A stretch of DNA of 64,000 nt. It comes from Podarcis pityusensis (taxonomy: Eukaryota). Shown here piece by piece: positions 49,778 to 62,605 of this stretch. A program made the translations under genes and the position numbers. The notes beneath the pieces are model-generated. The model made no database searches. It was not told where the DNA came from and worked only from the letters and a program-made list of their open reading frames with translations. Where the stretch lies: NCBI GenBank assembly GCA_964106645.2, contig OZ067041.1, one strand, 5' to 3'. Every line of letters starts with the position of its first letter. Within the stretch, counting starts at the first letter, position 1.

Positions 49778-52559
49778 CTCATGCATAGATGCTCAGAAGT
49801 AATTAATGTTAATAAGATTTTAATGTGCTTGTGAGATCATAATGAGGAGAAATGAATGCTCTGATTAGAAAAAGGTAACTGTGAGTGTGTTTTGGATTAG
49901 ACAAGATTTCCTTTTTTCTTTTTAATAAACTGCAATTTTAGAACTTGTTTGTGATTGCATCAATCGGTTTTTATTTTCAAATTAGAGGTCTGTTTAGCCA
50001 TTTTAATGATTAGCCAAATAAATGGGTAAACCCTTGATCATAAAGAACCATGCAGATTTCTTCATTTGTAAAGGAGTGCTTCTATAGGGGCTGGGCTCCC
50101 TTGTTGTTTTTGTCATATATGTTCCTTATTGCCTTTTTAAACCTCTTCATAAGCTGCTCCCAGAAATAGAGTTCATTTTTATAAATGTAGATACAGTCCA
50201 TATCTATCACAGAAGAGTAATCAGCCATTGAGACTATTGTGCAAAAAGGGATTCCTCTCCCTTAGTCATTGTGTGTTGATTCCCCCCCCCTTTTAATTAG
50301 ATAACCAAATAGATACTGACTGTTTCCTCACTAATTGGAATATTTCTTTGTGATCTGAAGTAACGTTATAAAGGTAACATTCTCTCTTGTGTTCCTGGAC
50401 TCAGGTAACATGTGGTCATGAAGCAAACTTTAGGGGTCCTTTCCCCAGCCTATATCCACCATAGATTGCCTTTCATTTTCATGGTTGTTTTATAACAAAA
50501 AGCTACTGACTTCTCTTCTCATGGAAACACATCCCATTATAACGCAAACAGAGAATTTCAATATTTTGTTATTATAATACTTTGTTATGTTGTTTTGCTG
50601 CTTTAATTTCTATGCTGTTAGCTGCTTCGTGTTTTGTAGTGAAAGAAAAGGATAGAAATTTTAAAAAGAATTTTTTAAATGATACAAGATCTATTTTTAT
50701 GATATGAATAAAATTATCTTGTACATTTATGCTGTCTGGCACGTGTTGCATTAGTTCTGGACAACTCTGTCCTTTTGAGTCTGGCTTTTGGCCTGGGGCT
50801 GGGTCGAATATTGGATTAGTCACTGTGATGAGCAACATTTCCTGGGAAATGGGTGAGGGGGTAGTACCACTCTATTGACTCTGCTTGACCTCTCAGTGGC
50901 TTTTTTGATATGGTGGATCATCAAACTTTGGTACAAAGTCCTGGCAAGTGTGCAAGTGACTGCCATCAAATTCAAAAGCCATTGCTGGCAGAATGTAGTG
51001 GATCCACACCACTAAAACCTCTGTCGCAGATTGCAACTGATTCCGGACAAGGTACTGAAGATGGTTCTCAATAATTTGGTGGCTGTAGCTCTCATTTGTT
51101 TGGAGGCCAGCCCTTCTAGAGTTGAGGCTTGGAGCACATGGTTTATAGTTCTGTGGTCAGCTTCACACTATTTGCCCATGGTGTCTGTTTCTCTTGTGAT
51201 ATTCTGGGTTGAAATAGAGTTAGGAGATGGTTGCTATCAAGCAGTAAAAATGTGAGCAGAAACTTTTAATTACGAAGTACCCCAAAGCATTTTTCATGCA
51301 GTGTAAATACACTATATGTACATGTTGCCACTCCACATGTTGGTGGTGGGCCGTGACGGGACATTCGGCCCCCAGGCACTGCCCTAGGATGCTGTCTGCT
51401 CGTTCTAGCCTGACAACAAATGGTATTCAGGTGTTATTATCCCATTGGTGCTCTGTGCAACAGACCTTTCCGTCATTCACATTGCCATTGTAACAGATAA
51501 CTGTTGTGTATCAGGGTATGAAGGTTTGTGCTGGCATGGGTACCTCTTCAGTGCTCAAAATTCCCATGTGATTGTTGTGCAGATTGTCCATATTCTTTTT
51601 CTATGTTTGTGTACTGTAGCATTTTTGCTTGGTGCCACGACTACATATCTACCAATATTGGCTGTCTCTGAATAATGGATCTGAACTATTCTGGGGTACT
51701 AACTTGACATCCTGAATTGGCTAGCATTGCTGGCACAAGGCAACCAGTTCTGTACTTTGCTGGTGCAGCACTATTTTTTCTCTGAGCTGAATATTTATTT
51801 GCTTGATTCAGGTCTTTTAGACATTGGAATAATATTACTCAGTTTCTCTGTATAGTCTCCTCTATACTGATTAGCAAGAAATCCTTGGCTTGAAAAGTTG
51901 CATTTATTACTGAGATAATATTTTAAAATCATTGGAAGCTTGAGGAAGAAGGCCAGTTACTACTATTTTCATGGTTTTAACTACTTTTCTCCCTTACAGC
52001 AGCCCTGTTTCTGAAAACTACATTATAGGATACCTAAGACGTGAAGTGAGAACAAAATAATGCAAAGCCATGATGGCCAGTTACTGATCTAGAAATGTAA
52101 AAATGGCCAAGTAATTAAGACATTGGGTGATTGCCAGCCTAGTTACAGAGCAGACCCATTGAAATCAGTGGTGTTGAATAGGATTTACTTGGATATCACC
52201 AAATCTTGCTAATTTCTCATCATTTCTTAGAGTTAAAACCTTTGCTTTGTCTGCAATACAGTGTATGGAAGCAATAAATTAAGCAATAATTTAAATCATG
52301 TGAGTACTAATAAACTCTGCATTTCTGCATTAGACTGCTAAGTAATATATTGCAAAATATAACTAGATTTCTAAGTATAAGTTCTTAGGACAGGCATTTC
52401 CCTTTGAATTCATTTGAATTTACATCTATGAAGCATGGATTCCGCCCCCTGACAGACGTTACTCCAGCATACAGCACTTCTGCTTATTTTCCGAATCCAA
52501 TGAGATGAGAACCAGCTGTGTGCAGGACTTCAGCCACATGCTGTAACCAGTTGTTGCAG

Positions 52560-53375
52560 TCCAGATGTTGCTGGACTGCAACACCCACAATCCATATTCA
52601 TGCTGGCTGGGGCTAATCCAAGTTGGAGTCCATGTTCCCCATCCTTGCCACAAGTTCCCCATCCTTGCACTAAACGATACATTTTCTAAATCTGGGTTTA
52701 AATAATTCTTAATGAGTTAACCTAATTGAGGCAAAACATTCCACCCTATGAAAAGCACCCGCAATTGACATTCATTTCAATACAGTATGTACTTATAAAA
52801 ACTGCTTGGGGCAGACACCAACTTAGAAACATTTACCCTGTACTGGAATGCCTTTTTCAAAATGGTGCCTTCTGTGAAATGTATGTGCATTATAATAATA
52901 ATAATAATAAATTGTCTTCAAAATTATTATTTTTGTTATCTACAAATATATGCATATTTAATCAGTTATAACTAATTTGGCCAACTATTATTTCCTGAAC
53001 TGGATGGCAGCCCTAGTATATTCTCCTCTGAAGCACGAGAGAACTTTAGAGAGGAAAGACTTAACTGAAACCAGTCTTCTTCATCCAGTAGTCCTTCAAA
53101 TGTTGCTGGAATTCAACTCTCAATAGCCCAGCCAGCATAGGTAATAGTCAAGGATGATGGGAATTGTAGTCCAACAACATCTGAAGGACACTCGCTTAGG
53201 GGAAACTTAATTAAATGGGATGGAAACTGGAACTCCCAATATGAATGGAACGTGATAGGCTTTGATCAGGGTTCGCCAATGTGGTACCATCAGCCTCAGC
53301 CACCATGACTAGTAGTTAGGGATAATCAGAAGTGGAATCCAAAACATCTGGAGTGCATCATGTTGGTTACCACTG
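52560..53375. mobile_element. Three decayed palindromic hAT-like MITE remnants
   Basis: ATGTTGCTGGA..CAAC / GTAGTCCAACAACATCTG arms at ~52560-52667, 53090-53200 and 53267-53375. Confidence 0.6.
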
Positions 53376-53659
53376 GTTTAGTCTTTGACAGTCAGCCAAA
53401 ATGGAGATTTCGGGAACTAGAACAGGTATGAATAAGTATATGTGCAAGAAAAGGTCCATATCAATGAGGTAAAATGTATTTAAGTATTGGGACAAAGAAG
53501 CCTTTTCTCCTTTTAATTACAGGTGTAAAAAAAAAGAGAACATATATTTTTTAAAAAAAATATATTCTTTAGAGAGGTGGTTGGACTAGGAGGTGATTGA
53601 TGTTCTTTTCCATTCCATGATTGCACTACAAGAGGTAGCTTGGTATACAGCAGATTAAC

Positions 53660-54030
53660 TTTGTGCTTGTGTGTACCAGCCAGTCTTTCGAAGAGAATCT
53701 TGTAAATCATGTTTGTTTCTGCGTGGAAAGTCCAGGAAGGACTGGGTAAAGTACTGATTGTGGCATGTATTAAACAGAGTGTTTGCAATGTGGTTGAAAG
53801 GAAGCATATCCACTGTGGTTAGTTTGTGTTCTATGTAGAGTCTTTGCCTATACTCAAACACCTTTTTAACGTTTGCTTTTGTAAATTTGCATTATAGAGA
53901 CCTAGTTATTCATCTTCTGTCTCAGTAGAATGCTTCTCTTACTAACTAAGGATGTCAGTCTGTGTGCACCAGCCAGTCTTTTGAGGAGAATCTTTCCCAT
54001 ACTTGCTGGCACACCCCTCTGGCACGCATG
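53660..54030 (-). mobile_element. Decayed LINE RT-like remnant with local duplication
   Basis: Minus-strand peptides YKILFERLAG and GKILLKRLAG resemble the K-I-L-x-x-R-L segment of non-LTR RTs. Confidence 0.35.
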
Positions 54031-54209
54031 GGCAACTGTAGGCTCAACTCTGTAGAATAAGGATTCTTTTATCCCTTTGTCTGACACATTTCGTTTTATG
54101 AGTTTGGATAATCCTGTTCTGCAAAAGCAGGCATTGCTATTTTCAATAAACAGCCTGGATTCACCAGAGCGAGTGTTGTAGATAGAAGTACAAGGTTTTA
54201 AGGCTAGTG

Positions 54210-54607
54210 CAGGGGTGTCTAACTCAAATTCATCGGGGGCCGCATCAGCAGTTTGGTCACCCTCAAAGGGCCGGTTGTATCTGTAGGACTTAAAGTACAG
54301 GAGAGAAGGGTTCAGGCAGCCGTTGGATCTGTCACATCACAGGATGGCATGCGCTCAATATAAAAACAAGTGGAGGTTTCCTGAATGCATGTAAAGTGGA
54401 GGTTTCCTGTGTAGAACGGCCGGCGCCGCTAGAGGGCAGACGTTCTCTGGCTTGTAGGCTGCTGCGCATGCGCTGAAGAGGCGGCTTTCTTGTGTCAAAA
54501 AAAAAAAAGCGAGAATAAAAGCTGAAGGCTGGCGGCGGCTACACGGGCCACATGACGAGGTCTGGTGGGCCGGATTCGGCCCGCGGGCCTTGTGTTTGAC
54601 ACCCGTG
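54210..54607. mobile_element. hAT (Charlie-like) MITE
   Basis: CAGGGGTGTCTAAC / GTTTGACACCCGTG TIRs; perfect TSD GGCTAGTG. Confidence 0.9.
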
Positions 54608-55243
54608 GGCTAGTGCCTCTGTGCTGAGTTTGTACAGGTTTGTCACCTTGGTGGCTGAGAGGTTTAGAAAGAGCAAACAATATTTTTAAAAGAAAGAAAT
54701 CCTTTTTTGTTGTTGTTGTTATACTGTACTGAAGTTTCCTTTACTTTGTTTTCTGAGTCTGATTTTAAAAAGATTTAGCCATGTTTGTGCATCATATCTT
54801 GGCCCGGATAACCAGGGTTATATCAATTATGCAACCATGGTTCTATATAGTATTCATATAGCTATGAGAGGGCATATGTCAATTGCTCCCTACTAATTTG
54901 TGTGTGTGTACACACACATTTATGATGCATTTGCATTTTCTTTCAATGGACAGAGCTGGGCCCACAGTAGTACTGCAGTAAAAATTGCTAGTGTGGTTTC
55001 GAAACTGTTTTCTAGGGCGGTTGGTTTAGCCAACTTTGTGCAGAAGCAGTGTACTGTATAGGGATAAACAAGGTAAGAACTGCTAAAACATACAACCTTT
55101 CCCCCCCAAAGAAGATAGCAGTAAGGCAGCAGTTCCAAAACAAGTTTAATATGAAGTTGGGGATCCTTTGTTGTTTCCTGGAAACCCTGCCAGGCCTTCC
55201 TATTAAGGCAGCTCCTAAGTGAGGGCACGATTATTGAAAATGC

Positions 55244-55244
<1 letters not shown>

Positions 55245-55274
<30 letters not shown>
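55245..55274. repeat. (CTG)10 repeat
   Basis: Directly visible. Confidence 0.95.
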
Positions 55275-55275
<1 letters not shown>

Positions 55276-55977
55276 CCACAAACCTATCATGGGATTTGGA
55301 GGGCCCATACAGAAACAGGGACCCCTTTAAGTACTCTAGAACCAGAGTAGAGTGCCTCAAAATGGACCGCTGACAAATTCAAATGTGTCAGACATGCGTC
55401 CTGGGACCAAATAAACCTAGTAATTGGGCTGGTGCGTTCTTCCAGGGCATCTCTTCATACAGCATATTACAGTAATTTGATATGTTAATTATTGGGTCCA
55501 TATATAAGACAGCAGCCAGATCCTTTGCACTCTTGAATTATTTGTTTATTTGCTACATTTGCTACATTAGTATATCAGCAGGTCCACTACTACTACCGTG
55601 TCAGGTTTCTGCGCTGCTCCAGGGCCTGAAGTGTGCTTGGATGAAGACTCAGAGGAAGTAGCTTTAGAGCTACTGCCAGAATGCCCAGCTAGCTGGATGT
55701 GAAGCTACTGTGGAGGAGAGGGTGCATGGAAGTGCATGGAAGCACTTTCTCAATCCGGGCCTGGCTATGTAAGCTGCTCAGTCGCTGAAATAACTGCCCT
55801 CATCAAAAGGGAAAACATACATACCGGTACTTTATGGCTTGCGATTAAACTACACTTTCCTAATTGTGAACTATTAAGAAGCTATAGTCAAGCAAGTCTT
55901 GGAAGTCCTTAATTCTGGTGCATGAACTTAGAGGTAAGGGGATGGAGAGCACAGAAGCACAACACTAATTCTTGGTA

Positions 55978-56215
55978 CAGTGGAACCTTGGGTTGCGAAC
56001 GTGATCTGTGCAGGAGGCACGTTCGCAACCCGCAGCGCCATGTCTGCGCACGCGTGGCTCATGATTTGGCGCTTATGCGCAAAGCGTGACTTAGTGGTTA
56101 TTTGCATGCGCGAGCGCCGAAACCTGGAAGTAACCTGTTCCGGTACTTCCAGGTTGGTGCGGTGCGCAACCTGAAATCGCGTAACCTGAAGTGTCTGTAA
56201 CCCGAGGTACCACTG
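55978..56215. mobile_element. Tigger/pogo-like MITE
   Basis: TA|CAGTGGAACCTTGGGTT...AACCCGAGGTACCACTG|TA; inverted relative to 11579 and 13093. Confidence 0.88.
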
Positions 56216-56251
56216 TATAATAGAACGGGAAAGAGATTGTTATGCCTAAAA

Positions 56252-56451
56252 TAGGGTTGCCATATTTCAAAAAGTAAAAACCAGGACATCCCGAAAGTTG
56301 TTGAGCCTTTCTTTACAAAAATGCCAAAGAAAGCAGTTTTTTGATTGACTTGCCTAAGATCCATGACAAAACACTGCTTTTCAGAAATTCCACCCAGATG
56401 TCAATTCTACCTTTGAAATTTCGGTTATGTCCGGGACACATGGCAGCCCTA
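56252..56451 (+). mobile_element. hAT (Blackjack-like) MITE, 28265 family
   Basis: TAGGGTTGCCA...TGGCAGCCCTA; shares AAAAAGTAAAAACCAGGACA.CCCGAAAGTTGTTGAGC with 28265. Confidence 0.88.
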
Positions 56452-57942
56452 TCTAAAATGGCCCAGAGGGTCAAACCAATATGTTTTTTTTAAGCATGGT
56501 AGTGCTGTATTACACTGATTCCCAGAAATAGTTTCTGCAGATGAGAAAAGTTGCATTTGTCTTACAGTTGGCATTAATGCATAGTAAGTTGCTGGTGCAA
56601 GGCAATTCCCGACTATTTAGTTGTAATTTAAGACACGATTCCCTCTTAGCTTCTCCATAGTTTTATGTCTACTGCTGGATGATGTCCAGCTGACATTGCA
56701 AATATTGTAGTTATTATTTTGTGACAAAGCTTTTCCACTATTCTGGGTTTCAGCTTCCCCCTACTCTAAACATATTTGCTGGCAATATCATAGCAGTGTC
56801 TGACTGGCCTCTTCCCACAAATTTACAATTTTTGGGTGAGGCTACTAGTTTGTTAATATCTTAGAGGGGTGTGGTGGGACTAAGGTGACAATTGTAAATA
56901 GTTTTCTAACCATAAATCTCAAATATAAAAATAAATGTTAAGTTGCTGTTGAATACTCTGGTTCTTGCCATTGACTATGTTCCAGCACTCCTTCTGTATG
57001 TTAGACTTCAATCCAATAAAGAGAGAAAGCTGTAGCCACAAAACAGTCTGTTGGTCTTGTGCTCCAATTCAGTCTTATCTATATTTTGAACTTTAAAACT
57101 CTAATAAAACATTTATATCTGACTCTTGTCTTTTGCCACCCCCAACCCTTTTTAAGTATTCTCTGACTCACTGACTACTCATCTATAGTTAATATAAGGT
57201 ACTTTTTGTTGTGGTTTGCTAAAATATGGTAGCTATGTGACTCAGATGTAGCTTAGAACGTTATCTTTAAATAATCAAAAACATGCTGTTCCAAACATAC
57301 AAAAAAGTCCTATGTACTTAAAATAGGAAATGCTTTAGTTTTGTTTTTAAGTGCATTATTAAAATAGGTTATATAATGATAAATTATTTATACAGCGGCC
57401 TTTTACATTCTTTAGGAAACTAGAGAAACTGAGAATTCTGCTATGTTTGCAGAAGTCACAGGCATTATGATTTTTTCAGCAACATTTTTCAGGAAACAAA
57501 ACTTTTACCAAAGCCATTGGTAAAATTCATTTTGTAATATTTAAAAAATATATTTAGGTGAAGTTGCCATCACAAAAGCATCTTTATTCTTGCAGCTGCT
57601 TGGAAAATCTTTAATAAAGTTTGTATTGTATTTGTAGATTTCCTTTCCTCTTGGATTATCAATGATAATGGGGGGGGGGAGTAGTATGTTTGACTCCAAA
57701 TCAAAGTATGTGAATCATTTAGCACTCAGTTACAAGGTCTGAAGAAACTAATATTGAATACAGTGTTATATTTCACAACCAGAAGGAATTGGTGAATAAT
57801 CGTAAAAAATCTGGAAGCATGCATTAGGTTCTCTCCTCCCATTTTAGTATTGTGCAATGTTGCTATAATTTAATATTTCTGGGTTGCAAGAAAATGTCAA
57901 CAGTACATATTATACAACAGATTCCTTTCCCTGCCCCTGCTG

Positions 57943-57947
<5 letters not shown>

Positions 57948-58000
<53 letters not shown>

Positions 58001-58016
58001 AAGTGAGAGAGAGAGA
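57948..58016. repeat. (TG)n(AG)n compound microsatellite
   Basis: Directly visible. Confidence 0.95.
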
Positions 58017-58747
58017 ATTCAAATAGTTTTCACTTTATTTTTTAAAAAGAATTGTCCCGATCCAAAACTGTTGGGCAAAACGTTAAAAACTGTGTTAAGA
58101 TGATTTAAAAACAAAATACCAAAAGACATGCATGTGTCTTGGTTCTGATCTTTAACCTGAATCTTTCTCTAGGTGCTGACCACCAGCCTTACATGCTTCT
58201 CACACAGCACTCTGTTACTATTGAAAACAGGCTATCAGGGTACTTTCATGTGCTAATGTAGCCATATTTCAAGGTACTTGTGACAGAAATGTTTAAATGC
58301 ACTTATCACTGAAATGAATTATATGTTTTTGAATCCTTAGTTTGGCCACTAGATACCTCTTCCATGGTTTATGACCAGCTATTTATCTCTGTATTTGAAC
58401 TTGAAGAAGAAGGCATGAAGGTTCCAAAATGAGGCAGGTGACCTTTCCTTCCAATTCGGTTCTAAACCTGCTGTTTAGATGTCAATTAGGTTAAAAAATT
58501 AGAAATCTAGATATATGTCTACGGACCAACATATAATGTGCTCTGACTGTGCAAATGTGAAAAGCTGTGAAAGTATGAGGGGGGTCCTCATGAGATGTGT
58601 TAAAGGCAGCTGTGTGTGTTCACAGAAAGCAGGGCATAAATAGATCTGTTTCTGCAATTAAGTTGGGTGTACAGGTTAAGGGGAGCTGGACACACTCCAC
58701 CTTACCGCCGTTTCTTCCTGAAGACACAGATCAGATCACTTCTAGTA

Positions 58748-59090
58748 CAGTGGTGCCTCGCAAGACGAAATTAATCCGTTCCGTGAGTATCTTCGTCTAG
58801 CGGTTTTTTCGTCTTGCGAAGCGGATTAGCGGATTAGCGCTATTAGCAGTTTAGCGGCTATTAAAGGTTTAGCAGCTTAGCGGATTAGCTGCTAAAAGGC
58901 TATTAAAGGCTTAGCGGCTTAGAAAAAGGGGGGGGGAGCGAAAAAAAAATCTCAAGACTCGCAAGACATTTTCGTCTTGCAAAGCAAGCCCATAGGGAAA
59001 TTCGTCCTGCGAAGCGCATTGAAAACGGAAAACCCTTTCGTCTAGCGGGTTTTCCGTCTTGCGAGGCATTCGTCTTGCGGGGCACCACTG
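58748..59090. mobile_element. Tigger/pogo-like MITE with internal TTAGCGG repeats
   Basis: TA|CAGTGGTGCCTCGCAAGACGAA...TTCGTCTTGCGGGGCACCACTG|TA. Confidence 0.9.
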
Positions 59091-59362
59091 TATTGGAGCC
59101 AAACTGGTAAGAGAGCAATAGAGGTAGAGTTCAGTTCTCCTGATATGAGTTTCTCTTTTGGTATAAAAGAAAAAGTAGACATCACCCCCTATGTGTAAAC
59201 ATGATCACGGCTGCTATCACATTTGGTCTGGCTCCAGGTATGATCGCCTGATGTTCCCATGATATTGAATACGTATACATAATCCAATACTTTTATCTAG
59301 ATCCAACATATTCTTGTTACTTGAATGCTTACATTAATTGGATCCTGTTATGGATCCTGTTA

Positions 59363-59655
59363 TGAGCTCCCGTTGCTCTGTCCTAGCTCCTGCCAACCTA
59401 GCAGTTCGAAAGCACACCAGTGCAAGCAGATAAATAGGTACTTCTGTAGCAGGAAGGTAAATGGCGTTTCCTTGTGATGGTTTCCATCACGGTGTTCTGT
59501 TGAGTTGGAAGCGGTTTAGTCATGCTGACCACGTGACCCGGGAAGCTGTCTGTGGAGAAACGCCAGCTCCCTCGGCCTGAAAGCAAGATGAGTGCCACAC
59601 CCCATAGTCACCTTTGACTGGACTTAACTGTCCAGGAGTACTTTACCTTTACCTT
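59363..59655 (+). mobile_element. 5'-truncated Sauria SINE
   Basis: CCTGCCAACCTAGCAGTTCGAAAGCA, AGATAAATAGGTAC, tail TTTACCTTTACCTTT. Confidence 0.9.
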
Positions 59656-59764
59656 TTTTTTACAAGTTGGATGCTTTAGAGTTTAGAGTTGGTTAAAAAA
59701 AATAATCATCCAGGGTGGTAGTCAATGTTTTGTATTTTATTTTTCTATTTCTTTATACAATTTA

Positions 59765-59996
59765 CAGTGGTATCTCAGGTTAAGAACTTACCGGTAATTC
59801 GTTCTGGAGGTCTGTTCTTAACCTGAAACTGTTCTTAACCTGAAGCACCACTTTAGCTAATGGGGCCTCCTGCTGCTGCCGCGCCGCCAGAGCACGATTT
59901 CTGTTCTCATCCTGAAGCAAAGTTCTTTACCCGAGGTAATATTTCTGGGTTAGTGGAGTCTGTAACCTGAAGTGTATGTAACCCGAGGCACCACTG
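59765..59996 (+). mobile_element. Tigger/pogo-like MITE (19056 family)
   Basis: TA|CAGTGGTATCTC...GAGGCACCACTG|TA. Confidence 0.9.
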
Positions 59997-60269
59997 TATA
60001 TCCTGCCCTTTCTTTCCAAGGACCCCAGGTTCCCATTTTGCAATGTGCAAGAGCAATGAATTTCTGAATATCTTTGTAGAAAGTAAAATTTAAAATTAAA
60101 ATTATTCTACTATTTTTATCTATAAAATTTATATACCACCCTTCCTCTTCAAGGAACCCAGGATGACATGTTCTCATACTCAGAGAAGATCCGTTGGCGT
60201 CAATGGACCAAAGTCAATTAATTTCAGTGAGTCTACTGTGAAAATGATTTAGTTGTAGAATTATATAAT

Positions 60270-60404
60270 TTAGAATTATAGAGTTGGAATGGACCATGAG
60301 GGTCATCTAGTCCAACCCCCTGCAGTGGAGAAATATTTTGCTCAACGAGGGGCTTTAACCCACAACCCTGAGATTAAGAGTCTCATGCTGTAGTGACTGA
60401 GCTA
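60270..60404 (-). mobile_element. Short tRNA-derived SINE with CR1 tail
   Basis: Minus strand TAGCTCAGTC..AGCATGAGACTCTTAATCTCAGGGTTGTGGGTT head; GGGGTTGGACTAGATGACCC tail. Confidence 0.8.
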
Positions 60405-62029
60405 CTTCCTGCATTTGATTAATCTGTTTAAAATAGTGTGTGGCTCACATCTCCTTGCTGGCAGAGTTCTTAAATTGTGGTGTGCAGGGCTTGTGGGTGT
60501 ATCCCACAGAGGAAGTTGGGATAAAACTGTTGGTTATAAAGAGATTAAGGGGATTTAAGACAACCTCTCTGGATTGTAATTCAAAGGAGGAAGAGCCCAA
60601 TTATTTCAGATTTGGGGGTTTTCTGGGGAGGGGAAATGAGTTTCAAGTCTTAGCGCATCAGCTTCAGTGTCAAATCTTTCCATTGGCTGACTGAGCCAGT
60701 CAGGGTAGCCCTACATAACACTTTGCTTCATGATATTATGGAGAGTTTTCTACCGTTCACATTCATCTCATTACTACACAATATTTCTGGGCAAATAGAG
60801 GATTGATTGGCTCTGAACAAGGAGGAAGACAGAATTTTCTGGCAGAACTAAACCTCTGCATTTTTAATTTGGCACAAGAGTAGACCTAAAGAATAAACAA
60901 CAACAGAAGATGAAGACATGCCAGGATAGTAGGAATTTAGTACTGGAGCCAAGCCAATATCCTTTGATAGGAAAAAGCTCTCTAAATGTTACTTAGAAGA
61001 ATATTAGTTTGGTTCTGAACACTATTTAAAAAAGGTCGATGAAACATGTCTTCACAGTATGGCAGGTACACTTGCTGACAGATTTGCATGATATCTTTTA
61101 TGTGAGGGGGTGGATTCCATTTGGATCACTAATATTTGAAAGGTTTCCTGCATGAAATCATGCCAATTTTCTAAATTTAGTTTGTTGTACTTAGAAAATT
61201 TATTGGATATTCCCATATAGTTGGGTTCATAGTTCCCCTCATCCTCCTCAGTGATCCCAGTGGAGTTACAATATAGTTTTTTTTAAAAAAAATATCTAGG
61301 GTTTTAGTAGTTATTACTAGCTAAACCTTTTATATGCATTTTTAGAGGAGCCAACCTAAGAAATGTTAGCTTTCTAAAATAATCTGAGGTTTGGAAACTA
61401 GTTTAAAGTAGAATTTTAGGTAACTTATAGGCACTTTTGATGGAATAAAATAGTTTTCAAGGTTGTAAAGCAAGTGGTATCTTCTAAAAAAGCTCATCTT
61501 CCTCGTGCATGAAATATATATATTTTATTTTTAAAATATGGAGAAATTTATACTCTGTCTATATTCAGAAGTGGTACAGTCCAAGATCTTTACCACATGC
61601 TTTAATGAACTGTCATTCAGCCTTGAAAACTATTTTATTCCACCAAAACTTCAAAATTTCCTGGATTCACTATTCAGATGCGGAATAATCCAGGGCTTCA
61701 GAATGAGGTGTTGTTGCCGCTGTCATTCTTGACGTATGTTAAGTAGCACCAAATGTGGAAATGGTAGCACTGACGGCTCCATTTTCATGACTGATCCAGC
61801 AGAACTTGAATCCTGGTCTGCATTGAACTAGACCCAGACCTTCTGAAGGCTGATCTAAATGGATTATGTGGGGCACTTCTCACGAACATGGGCTTAAAAA
61901 CTGGTTGCATGTAGAACCAACCTGTAAAACATACAGAAGCTTCAAAAATGCTTCATACTTTTCTATGTTCAAAATGCTGTGTGGGTTAAGGCAAGTGGCT
62001 TTGCTGGATCTTGATCCTTTAGTGTGTTT

Positions 62030-62451
62030 CACAGAATGAAAGATGGCAGGATCCCCAAGAATGTGCTCTGTGGGGAGCTGGTTCAGGCAGACCAAGTCCG
62101 TATTACAAAGATGTCTGCACATGAGGCAATGAAGGCGGGTGACATCAGCCCCGCCATGTGGGAATCCTTTGCAGATGACCGCAGTGCATGGAGATAGTCA
62201 TGTTGTGTATCCTCAGCAGTGACCAGAGGAGAAATGACTGCTGGGAGGAGTGCAGACTGAAGAAACGCCATGGTGCATCTGCAGCAGTACAGCTGGGTAA
62301 CTTCATCTGCCCCAGCTGCAACAAAACATGTCTCTCCTGTATCGTTCTCTACAACCACAGCAGGCACGGCAACTGTCCAACAGTTTGACTTAACCCCACA
62401 AAGTGTGCTCCTCCATTGTCTCTTGAGTTAGACGGATGCCAACAACAACAA
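62030..62451 (+). mobile_element. RTE-clade LINE 3' end
   Basis: CCCAAGAATGTGCTCTGTGGGGAGCTG (PKNVLCGEL), WES.ADDRSAWR, zinc-finger-like FICPSCNKTC..LYNHSRH and a (CAA)n tail. Confidence 0.8.
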
Positions 62452-62536
62452 AAGTGTGTTTCCTAGTGATGGGTCAAAAGTCCCTCTTAGTTTTATTGAA
62501 CCATTCATCTCTCTATGAAAGAAGGAATTTCCACTG

Positions 62537-62539
<3 letters not shown>

Positions 62540-62602
<63 letters not shown>
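62540..62602. repeat. (TG)n(AG)n compound microsatellite
   Basis: Directly visible. Confidence 0.95.

Positions 62603-62605
<3 letters not shown>

Noticed and set aside
50830-51720. Possible decayed LINE endonuclease region on the minus strand
   Set aside because: Impression only; no diagnostic motif could be read.
58820-58922. Interstitial telomere or CRISPR-like array
   Set aside because: The unit is TTAGCGG rather than TTAGGG, there are no spacers, and it is internal to a MITE in eukaryotic DNA.
62188-62388. Zinc-finger-like small ORF
   Set aside because: It is the frameshifted C-terminus of an RTE LINE ORF, followed by its (CAA)n tail.
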